A stretch of DNA of 64,000 bases, taken from assembly GCA_050260375.1 (NCBI GenBank), contig JBLNCA010000006.1:128250-192249 (forward strand), given 5' to 3'. This document shows positions 56,269-64,000 of this stretch, one piece after another (the stretch's first letter is position 1; every line of letters starts with the position of its first letter). A program made the position numbers and the translations under genes. The stretch comes from Burkholderiales bacterium (GTDB lineage Bacteria > Bacillota > Clostridia > Christensenellales > SZUA-584). Under the pieces are notes generated by a model. It did no database searches and was not told the DNA's origin. It saw nothing but the letters and a program-made list of their open reading frames with translations.

Positions 56269-59200
56269 CCTCCGAAATGTCGCCGAGGCTTAACGGCGTT
56301 AAGTCCCTGTCGGTTTTACCGAGCTTTAAGCTGTAAAGAAGCGCTTTTGCGGTGTCGAGCGACGTCATTATCGGTATGCGGTGCTCCACTGCGTAGCGCC
56401 GCAGCTTAAAGCCGTCCCTGTCGGCTCGCCTGCCCTTGGTGGGCGTGTTGACTATCAGCCGGAGGCTGCCGCTATTTACAAGCTCCGTTATGACTTTTGG
56501 GTCCTTGGACAGTTTAGGAACGGTGTTGGCCGCCACAAAGTTGAAATTCAGTACGTTCGCAGTGCCGGGCGTAGCGTATATGTCGTATCCGAGATAATCG
56601 AGTATCGCGGCGATCGGTATGAGCTCCTGCTTATCGCTGTCCGCGACGGTCAGCAGCGCTTTGCCCGCCTCTTTGGGCAGCGCATATCCCGAAGCGATAA
56701 GGCCTTTTAATAGCGCCTCCGAATAATCGCGCGATATGCCGAGAACCTCACCGGTGGATTTCATCTCTGGCCCGAGCCCGACTTCTACGTCGGGCAGCTT
56801 TTCAAACGAGAACACCGGTACTTTGATTGCAGTTATGTCGCGCTGCGGATAAAGCCCGGCGCCGTATCCCATGTCTGCGAGCTTTTCGCCCAGCGAAGCC
56901 CTTACAGCGAGCGATATCATAGGCACGCCCGTAACTTTAGATATGTAAGGCACCGTGCGGCTTGAGCGCGGGTTCACTTCTATTACATATATATCGCCGC
57001 CCGATATTACGAACTGTATGTTTACTATGCCGCGTACTTTAAGCGCCACTGCGAGTTTTTTAGTTATATCTATTATCTCTTCCCGCTGTTTGTCAGTTAT
57101 CTTTCTCGCGGGATACACCGATATCGAGTCGCCCGAGTGTACGCCGGCACGCTCTATGTGCTCCATTATGCCGGGTATGAGTATATCCTCGCCGTCGCTT
57201 ATTGCGTCCACCTCAAGCTCCAATCCGGTCATATATTTATCGACCAGCACCGGATGCTCCTGCTCGTACCTGCCTATTATGCGCATATACTCGCGTATGC
57301 CTTCCTCGTCCCACGCTATCTCCATGCCTTGCCCGCCGAGTACATAAGAGGGCCTTACGAGCACCGGGTAGCCGAGCTCAGCGGCGGCTTCCGCGGCCTG
57401 CTGCTCGGTAAACACCGTCCTTGCCTTGGGCCTTCTTATACCGAGCTCTTCGAGCAGCGCTTCAAATTCCTTTCTGTCTTCGGCGCGGTTAATGCTCTCA
57501 AGCGGCGTGCCTATTATATTATAGCCCATAGCCTCAACGTGCTTTGCGAGTTTAATAGCCGTCTGCCCGCCAAACTGCACTATCACCCCTTGGGGGCGTT
57601 CCTGCTCCAACACGTTGCCCACTTCCTCGGGCGTAAGCGGCTCGAAATAAAGGCGGTCGGAAGTGTCGAAGTCCGTGGATACTGTCTCGGGGTTGTTGTT
57701 TATTATTACGGTGTCGTATCCTGCCTGCTTTAGCGCCCATACGCAGTGCACGCTGCAGTAATCGAACTCTATGCCCTGCCCTATGCGTATGGGTCCAGAG
57801 CCCAGCACAACTATAGTTTTATTCTTCGGCTCGGGCGCTTCGTTTTCGTCCTCGTACGTGGAGTAGTAATACGGGCTGATGGCATCGAACTCCGCGCCGC
57901 ACGTATCTACCATTTTAAATTTGGGAAGTATGCCAAAGCTTTTCCTTAATTTGCGTATCTCCCGCTCCGTAGTGCCCGTCAGCGACGCTATAGCGTTGTC
58001 CGAAAACCCTATGCGCTTTGCTGCGCGCAGCGCTTCGGAGAAAAGAGCCGACTTGCCCTTCGCGGCAAATTCGCTCTCGATGTCTACGATTGCCTTTATT
58101 CTGGAGAGATACCAATGATCTATGCCGGTAAGCTCATGCAGCCGCTCCAAAGAAATGCCGCGCCGCATCGCTGTCGCGACTAGGAATATGCGCTCGTCGT
58201 TCTGCTGCGATATTTTCTCGAGCAGCTCAGAGTCGCTGTAGCTTTGCGCGAACGGAAACACGAGCGAATAAAGGTTTAATTCCAGCGAACGTACCGCCTT
58301 TAAAAAAGCGCTTTCGAAGTTAGCGCCTATTGCCATAACCTCTCCCGTTGCCTTCATCTTTGTGCCGAGATGCTTGTCGGCGGTGGTGAATTTGTCAAAT
58401 GGCCACCTTGGAAATTTGACTACCACGTAATCGAGCGTCGGCTCAAACGCCGCGAAAGTCTTGCCGGTTACGGCGTTCTTTATCTCGTCAAGCCCGTAGC
58501 CTATCGCTATTTTCGCGGATATCTTTGCTATAGGGTAACCGGTCGCCTTCGAAGCCAAAGCAGACGAGCGGCTTACCCGCGGGTTGACTTCTATTACGTA
58601 ATATTTCATGCTGTTTGTGTCGAGAGCGAACTGTATGTTGCAGCCGCCCTTGATATCGAGCGCCGATATTATCTTAAGCGACGCGGAGCGCAGCAGCTGG
58701 TATTCCTTGTCCCGCAACGTCTGCGACGGCGCAACGACTATGCTGTCGCCGGTGTGTATGCCCACCGGGTCTATGTTCTCCATGTTGCAGACCGTGATGC
58801 AGTTGCCTTTTGCGTCGCGAAGCACCTCGTATTCTATCTCCTTGTATCCCGCAACGCTTTTCTCTATCAGCACCTGCGACACCCTGCTCGCGCTTATGCC
58901 GCTCTTTACCGTCTCTATGAGTTCGTCTTTGTTGTTTGCTATGCCGCCTCCCGTGCCGCCCAACGTATACGCGGGTCGGACTATCACCGGATAGCCATGT
59001 TCGCCGGCAAACTCTAGCGCTTCTTCCACCGTGTTCGCGATAGCGCTTTCTATTATCGGTTCGCCGATATCGTTCATCAAACTCTTAAAAGCTTCCCTGT
59101 CCTCCGCCTTCTTTATAGAATCGGCGTTAGTGCCCAGCATTCTGACACCGAATTCCTCCAGCACGCCGCTCTCATAAAGCTCCATAGCGAGGTTTAATCC

Positions 59201-59482
59201 CGTCTGCCCGCCCAATGTCGCAAGCATGCTGTCGGGGCGCTCTTTTGCTATTATGTTTCTTATTACGCCCACGGTAAGCGGCTCTATATACACTATGTCC
59301 GCTATCTCGGTGTCCGTCATTATGGTAGCGGGGTTAGAGTTGACGAGCACTACCGTTATGCCCTCTTCCTTCAGCGCGCGGCACGCCTGCGTCCCCGCGT
59401 AGTCGAACTCGGCTGCCTGCCCAATTATTATCGGACCCGAGCCGATAACAAGCACCTTCTTTATGTCGGCTATTTTCGGCAT
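56255..59482 (-). CDS. carB: carbamoyl-phosphate synthase large subunit
   Basis: 1075 aa with duplicated ATP-grasp halves and an MGS-like C-terminal domain. Confidence 0.98.
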   Translation of the reverse strand: MPKIADIKKVLVIGSGPIIIGQAAEFDYAGTQACRALKEEGITVVLVNSNPATIMTDTEIADIVYIEPLTVGVIRNIIAKERPDSMLATLGGQTGLNLAMELYESGVLEEFGVRMLGTNADSIKKAEDREAFKSLMNDIGEPIIESAIANTVEEALEFAGEHGYPVIVRPAYTLGGTGGGIANNKDELIETVKSGISASRVSQVLIEKSVAGYKEIEYEVLRDAKGNCITVCNMENIDPVGIHTGDSIVVAPSQTLRDKEYQLLRSASLKIISALDIKGGCNIQFALDTNSMKYYVIEVNPRVSRSSALASKATGYPIAKISAKIAIGYGLDEIKNAVTGKTFAAFEPTLDYVVVKFPRWPFDKFTTADKHLGTKMKATGEVMAIGANFESAFLKAVRSLELNLYSLVFPFAQSYSDSELLEKISQQNDERIFLVATAMRRGISLERLHELTGIDHWYLSRIKAIVDIESEFAAKGKSALFSEALRAAKRIGFSDNAIASLTGTTEREIRKLRKSFGILPKFKMVDTCGAEFDAISPYYYSTYEDENEAPEPKNKTIVVLGSGPIRIGQGIEFDYCSVHCVWALKQAGYDTVIINNNPETVSTDFDTSDRLYFEPLTPEEVGNVLEQERPQGVIVQFGGQTAIKLAKHVEAMGYNIIGTPLESINRAEDRKEFEALLEELGIRRPKARTVFTEQQAAEAAAELGYPVLVRPSYVLGGQGMEIAWDEEGIREYMRIIGRYEQEHPVLVDKYMTGLELEVDAISDGEDILIPGIMEHIERAGVHSGDSISVYPARKITDKQREEIIDITKKLAVALKVRGIVNIQFVISGGDIYVIEVNPRSSRTVPYISKVTGVPMISLAVRASLGEKLADMGYGAGLYPQRDITAIKVPVFSFEKLPDVEVGLGPEMKSTGEVLGISRDYSEALLKGLIASGYALPKEAGKALLTVADSDKQELIPIAAILDYLGYDIYATPGTANVLNFNFVAANTVPKLSKDPKVITELVNSGSLRLIVNTPTKGRRADRDGFKLRRYAVEHRIPIMTSLDTAKALLYSLKLGKTDRDLTPLSLGDISEVADV

Positions 59483-60543
59483 GAACGTTTCTCCATCATC
59501 TCGATAAACTCGTCGAACAAATAAGCCGTGTCTTCAGGGCCCGGCGAAGCCTCCGGGTGAAACTGCACGGTGAACATATCAAGGCCCTTGTAGCGTATTC
59601 CCTCTATCGTACCGTCATTCCAGTTCTTGTGGCTTACTTCAAGGCCGTCGGGCAGCGTGCTTTCCACAATCGTGTACCCGTGGTTCTGGGAAGTTATATA
59701 CACCCTGTCCTTGATAAGGTCTTTTACCGGGTGGTTCGCGCCCCTGTGTCCGTACTTCAGCTTTTCAGAGTCGGCGCCCATAGCGAGCGCGAGCAGCTGG
59801 TGCCCTAAGCATATGCCGAATATGGGCAGCTTGCCCGCAAGCTGCTTTAAGTTGGCTATAACCTCTTCGTTGTCTTTGGGGTTGCCCGGGCCGTTTGTAA
59901 GCACAAGCCCGTCAAATCTGCCGGAAAGTATCTCGTCCGCTTTTGTCCTTGCGGGGAAAACGGTTACGGAGCACCCACGCTTTTCGAGGCTGCGCAGTAT
60001 GCTGCGCTTTAGCCCGAAGTCCAGCACGGCAACGTTGAAGCCTTCGCCCCTGCAATACTCGTACTTTTCCTTGCATGTTACCGTATCCACAGGCAGCCTG
60101 TACACGTATGCTTTCATGCTGTTTATCTGCTCGTCGGTAGGCTCCTGCTGCGTTATTATGCCGCGCATAGCGCCTCTTTCGCGTATTATACGCGTAAGCG
60201 CGCGCGTGTCTATGCCGCAAAGCCCGCATATGCCGTTTTCGGCAAGGTAGCTGTCAAGGCTGCCTTCGCTGCGCCAGTTTGAGGGGCTGTCGCAGAATTC
60301 ACGTACAATAAAACCGCTTACCTGCGGTTTCGCCGATTCGGGGTCCGTTTCGTTTATGCCGTAATTGCCTATGAGCGGGTAGGTCATCGTTACTATCTGC
60401 CCGCAGTACGACGGGTCCGTCAATACTTCCTGATATCCCGTCATGCCCGTGTTGAAAACAACCTCGCCCGTAACGTCGCATTTCGCGCCAAAGCTCTGGC
60501 CTGTAAACCGCGTGCCGTCTTCCAGTGTAAGTATGGCCATCAA
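59470..60543 (-). CDS. carA: carbamoyl-phosphate synthase small (glutaminase) subunit
   Basis: 357 aa with GATase class I motifs GICLGHQLL and FHPE. Confidence 0.97.
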   Translation of the reverse strand: MMAILTLEDGTRFTGQSFGAKCDVTGEVVFNTGMTGYQEVLTDPSYCGQIVTMTYPLIGNYGINETDPESAKPQVSGFIVREFCDSPSNWRSEGSLDSYLAENGICGLCGIDTRALTRIIRERGAMRGIITQQEPTDEQINSMKAYVYRLPVDTVTCKEKYEYCRGEGFNVAVLDFGLKRSILRSLEKRGCSVTVFPARTKADEILSGRFDGLVLTNGPGNPKDNEEVIANLKQLAGKLPIFGICLGHQLLALAMGADSEKLKYGHRGANHPVKDLIKDRVYITSQNHGYTIVESTLPDGLEVSHKNWNDGTIEGIRYKGLDMFTVQFHPEASPGPEDTAYLFDEFIEMMEKRSCRK

Positions 60544-60558
60544 ACGCTCCTTTCCAGA

Positions 60559-61455
60559 TTATAAATTTATTCCACGCTTTTTAAGAGCGCTTAATATCTC
60601 GCTGTTCATGTCGGCAACCGCCTGCCTCGCCGCCTGCGTTGCCGACAGCCCGTCGTACTGCTCCTTTTTATATGCCAGCAGTATGCCGCGCGAAGAATTG
60701 ACTATCGCGCCGAGCCCGTTGCTGTCGAAGCTTGCCGTGATATCGTCCGCGCCCGCGCCCTGCGCGCCATATCCGGGCACAAGGAAAAACGTAGATTTAA
60801 GCCTTTTTCTTAGCCGCTCGGCTTCGGAAGGGTACGTGGCACCTACGACGGCGCCCACGCTGCTGTAGCCGTGCCTGCCCATATAAGGCTCGCCCCATTC
60901 GGCGACTTTATCCGCTACCGCTTCATACAGCTTTCGCCCGCCTACGTCCAAGTCCTGAAACTCGCCGCTTGAGGGGTTGGACGTTTTTACAAGCACGAAT
61001 ATGCCTTTGCCCGTTTCCCTGCAGTCGTCCAAGAACGGCTGTATGCCGTCCGTACCGAGGTACGGGTTTACGGTTATAAAATGCGCCGCGCTGCCCAATA
61101 TGTACGCTTCCGAATACGCCGCCGCAGTGGAGCCTATATCGTTCCTTTTTACGTCGGCTATTGTAATAAGCCCCGCGGCCTCCGCGTATTCGAGCGTATC
61201 GAGAAAGCACTGCACGCCCGGCGCGCCGTACGCCTCATAGAACGCGGCCTGCACCTTAACGCACGGCACAAGATCTTTTATCTCGTCTATGAGCTCGCGG
61301 TTATAATCGAGTATGCACGCCGCTATAGTCTCGTTGCCGGGCTCGGCGGTGCGCGAAAGGTATGCCGACGGCAGGTATTCGTACTTTGTATCAAGCCCTA
61401 TGCACGCGGCGCTCCTTTTTGACTTTATCGATTCACAAAGCCTGTCTATTTGCAT
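60559..61455 (-). CDS. pyrF: orotidine 5'-phosphate decarboxylase (long, type 2)
   Basis: 298 aa with CIGLDT, DVKRNDIGST and PGYGAQG-type motifs. Confidence 0.9.
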   Translation of the reverse strand: MQIDRLCESIKSKRSAACIGLDTKYEYLPSAYLSRTAEPGNETIAACILDYNRELIDEIKDLVPCVKVQAAFYEAYGAPGVQCFLDTLEYAEAAGLITIADVKRNDIGSTAAAYSEAYILGSAAHFITVNPYLGTDGIQPFLDDCRETGKGIFVLVKTSNPSSGEFQDLDVGGRKLYEAVADKVAEWGEPYMGRHGYSSVGAVVGATYPSEAERLRKRLKSTFFLVPGYGAQGAGADDITASFDSNGLGAIVNSSRGILLAYKKEQYDGLSATQAARQAVADMNSEILSALKKRGINL

Positions 61456-62717
61456 ATGTGTTCTCCATCGTATATGAGCTTTCCGTCCACGATGGTGTGC
61501 GTGACGGCTCCTCTTAACTTTTGCCCCAGAAACGGCGTATTCTTTCCTTTGGAAATGATGTCCTCTTCTCTTAGTATATATTCTCTGCCGAGGTCTGCAA
61601 CAGTAATGTCGGCAGGCACGCCTTCTTTTATTACGCCGCCCGGCTTGCCTATTATCCTGGCCGGGTTTACCGAGAACAGCCTTGCCAGCGTATCAATATC
61701 GTCGGTTAAGTTCGTCACAGCAAGCGAGAACGCCGTCTCGAAGCCAGATATGCCGAATGCCGCGAGCATAAACTCTATGTTCTTTTCGTCTTTGTGGTGC
61801 GGCGCGTGGTCAGTAGCTATCGCGTCTATCGTGCCGTCAAGCAGCCCCTGCTTTATAGCCTCAACGTCGTCTTTCGTGCGCAGCGGCGGGTTGACTTTCG
61901 TACGCCCGTCGTAGCCCTGGCACATGCTGTCGTCGCCCGAGAAGTAATGCGGCGCGGTCTCGCAGGTGACTTTAACGCCTTTCGCTTTTGCGTTTCTGAT
62001 AATCTCTACGCCGCCGCGAGTCGATACATGCTGTATATGAACTCTTAGGCCGTACGCTTTCGCTAACAGGCAATCCCTTGCTATCATCGCTTCCTCCGCC
62101 GCGCGCGATATGCCGGGCAGGCCAAGCACCGTAGAGTAATAGCCTTCGTTCATTACTCCGCCGTTTCTTATGTCGAGGCATTCCTCATGCGCCATTATAA
62201 ACGAGCCGTATGTAGCGGCGTACTGCATTGCCGTCCTCATCATCGCCCCGTTTTCTATAGGCTTTCCGTCGTCCGAGAACGCCAAGCAGCCAAGCGCCGC
62301 CATCTCGCCCATCTCGGTAAGCTCCTTGCCTTTGAGCCCTTTCGTTGCCGCGCCTACAGGGTATATCTTAACGCAAGCCTGCTTTGCCCTGCCCAGCACG
62401 TAAAAAAGCGCCGCCGCGTTGTCTATCGGCGGGTCGGTGTTGGCCATGCAGCAAATTGCCGTATACCCGCCCTTTGCGGCAGCCCGTGCTCCCGAGACTA
62501 TGTCTTCTTTATACTCCTGTCCCGGCTCGCGCAGATGGCAGTGCAGGTCTATAAACCCTGGAAACACAATTTTACCCGAGGCGTCTATCACTGTATCAGC
62601 GTCTCCCAAGTTTTCTCCTATGGCTTTTATACTGCCGTCCTCTATCAGTATATCGAGCCTGCCCGACTTTTCACCCGCAGGGTTGGCTATATTGCCTCCG
62701 CTTATCTTAATTGACAT
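61446..62717 (-). CDS. pyrC: dihydroorotase
   Basis: 423 aa of the amidohydrolase family with motifs DLHCHLREPG and ATDHAPH. Confidence 0.95.
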   Translation of the reverse strand: MSIKISGGNIANPAGEKSGRLDILIEDGSIKAIGENLGDADTVIDASGKIVFPGFIDLHCHLREPGQEYKEDIVSGARAAAKGGYTAICCMANTDPPIDNAAALFYVLGRAKQACVKIYPVGAATKGLKGKELTEMGEMAALGCLAFSDDGKPIENGAMMRTAMQYAATYGSFIMAHEECLDIRNGGVMNEGYYSTVLGLPGISRAAEEAMIARDCLLAKAYGLRVHIQHVSTRGGVEIIRNAKAKGVKVTCETAPHYFSGDDSMCQGYDGRTKVNPPLRTKDDVEAIKQGLLDGTIDAIATDHAPHHKDEKNIEFMLAAFGISGFETAFSLAVTNLTDDIDTLARLFSVNPARIIGKPGGVIKEGVPADITVADLGREYILREEDIISKGKNTPFLGQKLRGAVTHTIVDGKLIYDGEHICK

Positions 62718-63639
62718 CGTCTTTCCTCCTGGTCAGCAGGTAAAGCAGCGCCATTCTTACGGCAACTCCGTTAGTTACCTGCGTGGTTATCGCGGAATTA
62801 TCTGCGTCCGCCACATCGCTTGAAAGCTCTACTCCCCTGTTAATAGGGCCGGGGTGCATTATAAGCACGTCTTTTTTGCACGCTTTGAGCGCCTGTTCGT
62901 TTAATCCGAAAAAGTTGTGGTATTCGCGCACGGACGGCAGCAAAGCGCCTTCAAGCCGTTCTTTTTGTATTCTTAACGCCATTACCACGTCGGCGTTTTC
63001 TACCGCCTGCTCGACGCTATTCGTTATGCGCGCGCCCGTCTTTTCGATTTCGGGAGGCATCATAGTGTTCATGCCGCAAAGCGTAACGTTTGCTCCGAGG
63101 GCTTTGAGGCCCCAAAGGTTGCTCCTCGCTACGCGGCTGTGCGATATGTCGCCTATTATCGAAACGTTGAGGCCTGCAATACTGCCGAACTTCTCTTTCA
63201 TCGTAAACATGTCCAAAAGCGCCTGCGTCGGGTGCTCGTGCGTGCCGTCGCCCGCGTTTATTACGCTGCCGCTGAAGTTGTCGGCAAGAAACTTGGGCGC
63301 GCCCGACATAGGATGGCGTATAACCACGACGTCAGTTTCCATTGCTTCAATTGTCTTGCCGGTATCGAGCAGCGTTTCGCCCTTGTTGACGCTGCTTGAA
63401 GATACGCCGAGGTTGCTGAACGTAGCGCCCAGGTACTTCGCCGCAAGCTCGAAGCTTAATCTCGTTCTCGTGCTGTTCTCATAGAACAGCGCCACTATGG
63501 ATTTCCCCTGAAGATGGGGCATCTTTTTCGCGTTCTGCATAAGAAGCTGTTTCATAGTCGCGGCGGAGTCGAGTATCAGGTTTATTTCGTCCGCACTCAT
63601 GCCCTGCAGCCCCAGTATGTCTTTGGATTTTAACAGCAT
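62707..63639 (-). CDS. pyrB: aspartate carbamoyltransferase catalytic subunit
   Basis: 310 aa with motifs STRTRLSFE, HPTQALLD and MHPGP. Confidence 0.96.
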   Translation of the reverse strand: MLLKSKDILGLQGMSADEINLILDSAATMKQLLMQNAKKMPHLQGKSIVALFYENSTRTRLSFELAAKYLGATFSNLGVSSSSVNKGETLLDTGKTIEAMETDVVVIRHPMSGAPKFLADNFSGSVINAGDGTHEHPTQALLDMFTMKEKFGSIAGLNVSIIGDISHSRVARSNLWGLKALGANVTLCGMNTMMPPEIEKTGARITNSVEQAVENADVVMALRIQKERLEGALLPSVREYHNFFGLNEQALKACKKDVLIMHPGPINRGVELSSDVADADNSAITTQVTNGVAVRMALLYLLTRRKDDVN

Positions 63640-63662
63640 ATAGTTCTCCGTTTTATATTTTT

Positions 63663-63789
63663 CACCCCATCAAGCCTCACGTCTTGCTGGGGACCCCGGA
63701 TTATTACCCCATCAAGCCTCACGTCTTGCAGGGGACCCCGGATTATTACCCCATCAAGCCTCACGTCTTGCTGGAGACCCGGATTATTA
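63663..63789 (-). repeat. three head-to-tail copies (42-nt period) of the GGGGTCCCC hairpin repeat in the pyrR-pyrB spacer
   Basis: The plus strand reads (CA)CCCCATCAAGCCTCACGTCTTGCTGGGGACCCCGGATTATTA three times. The copies span 63663-63706, 63707-63748 and 63749-63789. The third is degenerate (GGAGACCC, one base shorter). Confidence 0.9.
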
Positions 63790-63816
63790 CCCCATAAAGC
63801 TTTCGGCTTTATGATG
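63790..63816 (-). repeat. terminal short hairpin flanking the repeat array
   Basis: The sequence is CCCCATAAAGC-TTTC-GGCTTTATGATG. It starts like a further repeat unit but carries a different, shorter stem. It resembles 1941-1966. Confidence 0.5.
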
Positions 63817-63824
63817 TTTCTCTT

Positions 63825-63852
63825 ATAAAAAAACCTTATCTGCTGATAAGGT

Positions 63853-63853
<1 letters not shown>
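63825..63853 (-). terminator. intrinsic terminator immediately after pyrR
   Basis: The minus strand reads AACCTTATC-AGCA-GATAAGGTT followed by TTTTTTATAA. The stem starts at the last base of the pyrR TGA. Confidence 0.8.

Positions 63854-64000
<147 letters not shown>

Noticed and set aside
63663-63789. The tandem 42-nt repeats considered as a CRISPR array.
   Set aside because: The units are directly adjacent with no spacers. There are only three copies and no cas genes. The same unit also occurs singly elsewhere, including inside genes.
63663-63816. The repeat hairpins considered as PyrR-binding loops (they share CCAG...GAGGCU with the UCCAGAGAGGCU motif).
   Set aside because: The predicted fold (a 10-bp GC-clamped stem with an 8-nt loop) differs from the PyrR binding loop as I remember it. 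Identical loops occur at 43961-44004, far from any pyr gene. The question is left open and needs a covariance-model scan and binding test.

Overview
This is a 64-kb chromosomal window from an endospore-forming Firmicute. Gene content looks Clostridia-like, and G+C is roughly 50-60% by eye. I call 64 protein genes (62 on the minus strand) and one decayed gene. I also call a 4-tRNA operon, a Leu T-box leader, a CIRCE operator, paired NrdR boxes, and a set of intrinsic terminators and sigma-A-like promoters. Blocks in minus-strand transcription order (right to left) are: pyrR / pyrB-pyrC-pyrF-carA-carB-pyrK-pyrD-pyrE; gpr; spoIIP; murI; nrdJ; SRAP peptidase; an orphan zf-HC2 anti-sigma gene; an EF-G paralogue; icd plus a SEC-C protein; tRNA Leu-Gly-Gly-Lys; a decayed membrane-protein gene plus a ~25% G+C non-coding tract; a three-gene BcrAD-type ATPase / DUF2229-like cluster; hppA; T-box-leuA-leuC-leuD; spoIIIAA-AH; asp23-amaP-DUF2273; nusB; a TsaD/Kae1-like gene; folD-xseA-xseB-ispA; sigG; ylmC; nrdR; pgeF; rimP-nusA-ylxR-ylxQ-infB-rbfA-nrnA-truB-ribF; lepA-hemW; hrcA-grpE-dnaK-dnaJ-prmA. 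Most of this is ordinary core genome. The most unusual signal visible directly in the sequence is a family of ~44-nt GC-clamped hairpin repeats (TACGGGGTCCCC-arm-loop-arm-GGGGYGT). It occurs in an intergenic spacer and as a 3x head-to-tail array in the pyrR-pyrB spacer. It also occurs inside the open reading frames of infB, spoIIP (twice) and the TsaD-like gene, where it is translated in different frames and orientations. Secondary points of interest are the uncharacterised ATPase/DUF2229 cluster, the AT-rich tract and gene remnant next to the tRNA operon, an anti-sigma gene with an ECF-type promoter but no sigma gene, and a SpoIIIAF that lacks its C-terminal domain. No homology searches were possible. 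All family assignments come from motif recognition and gene context.
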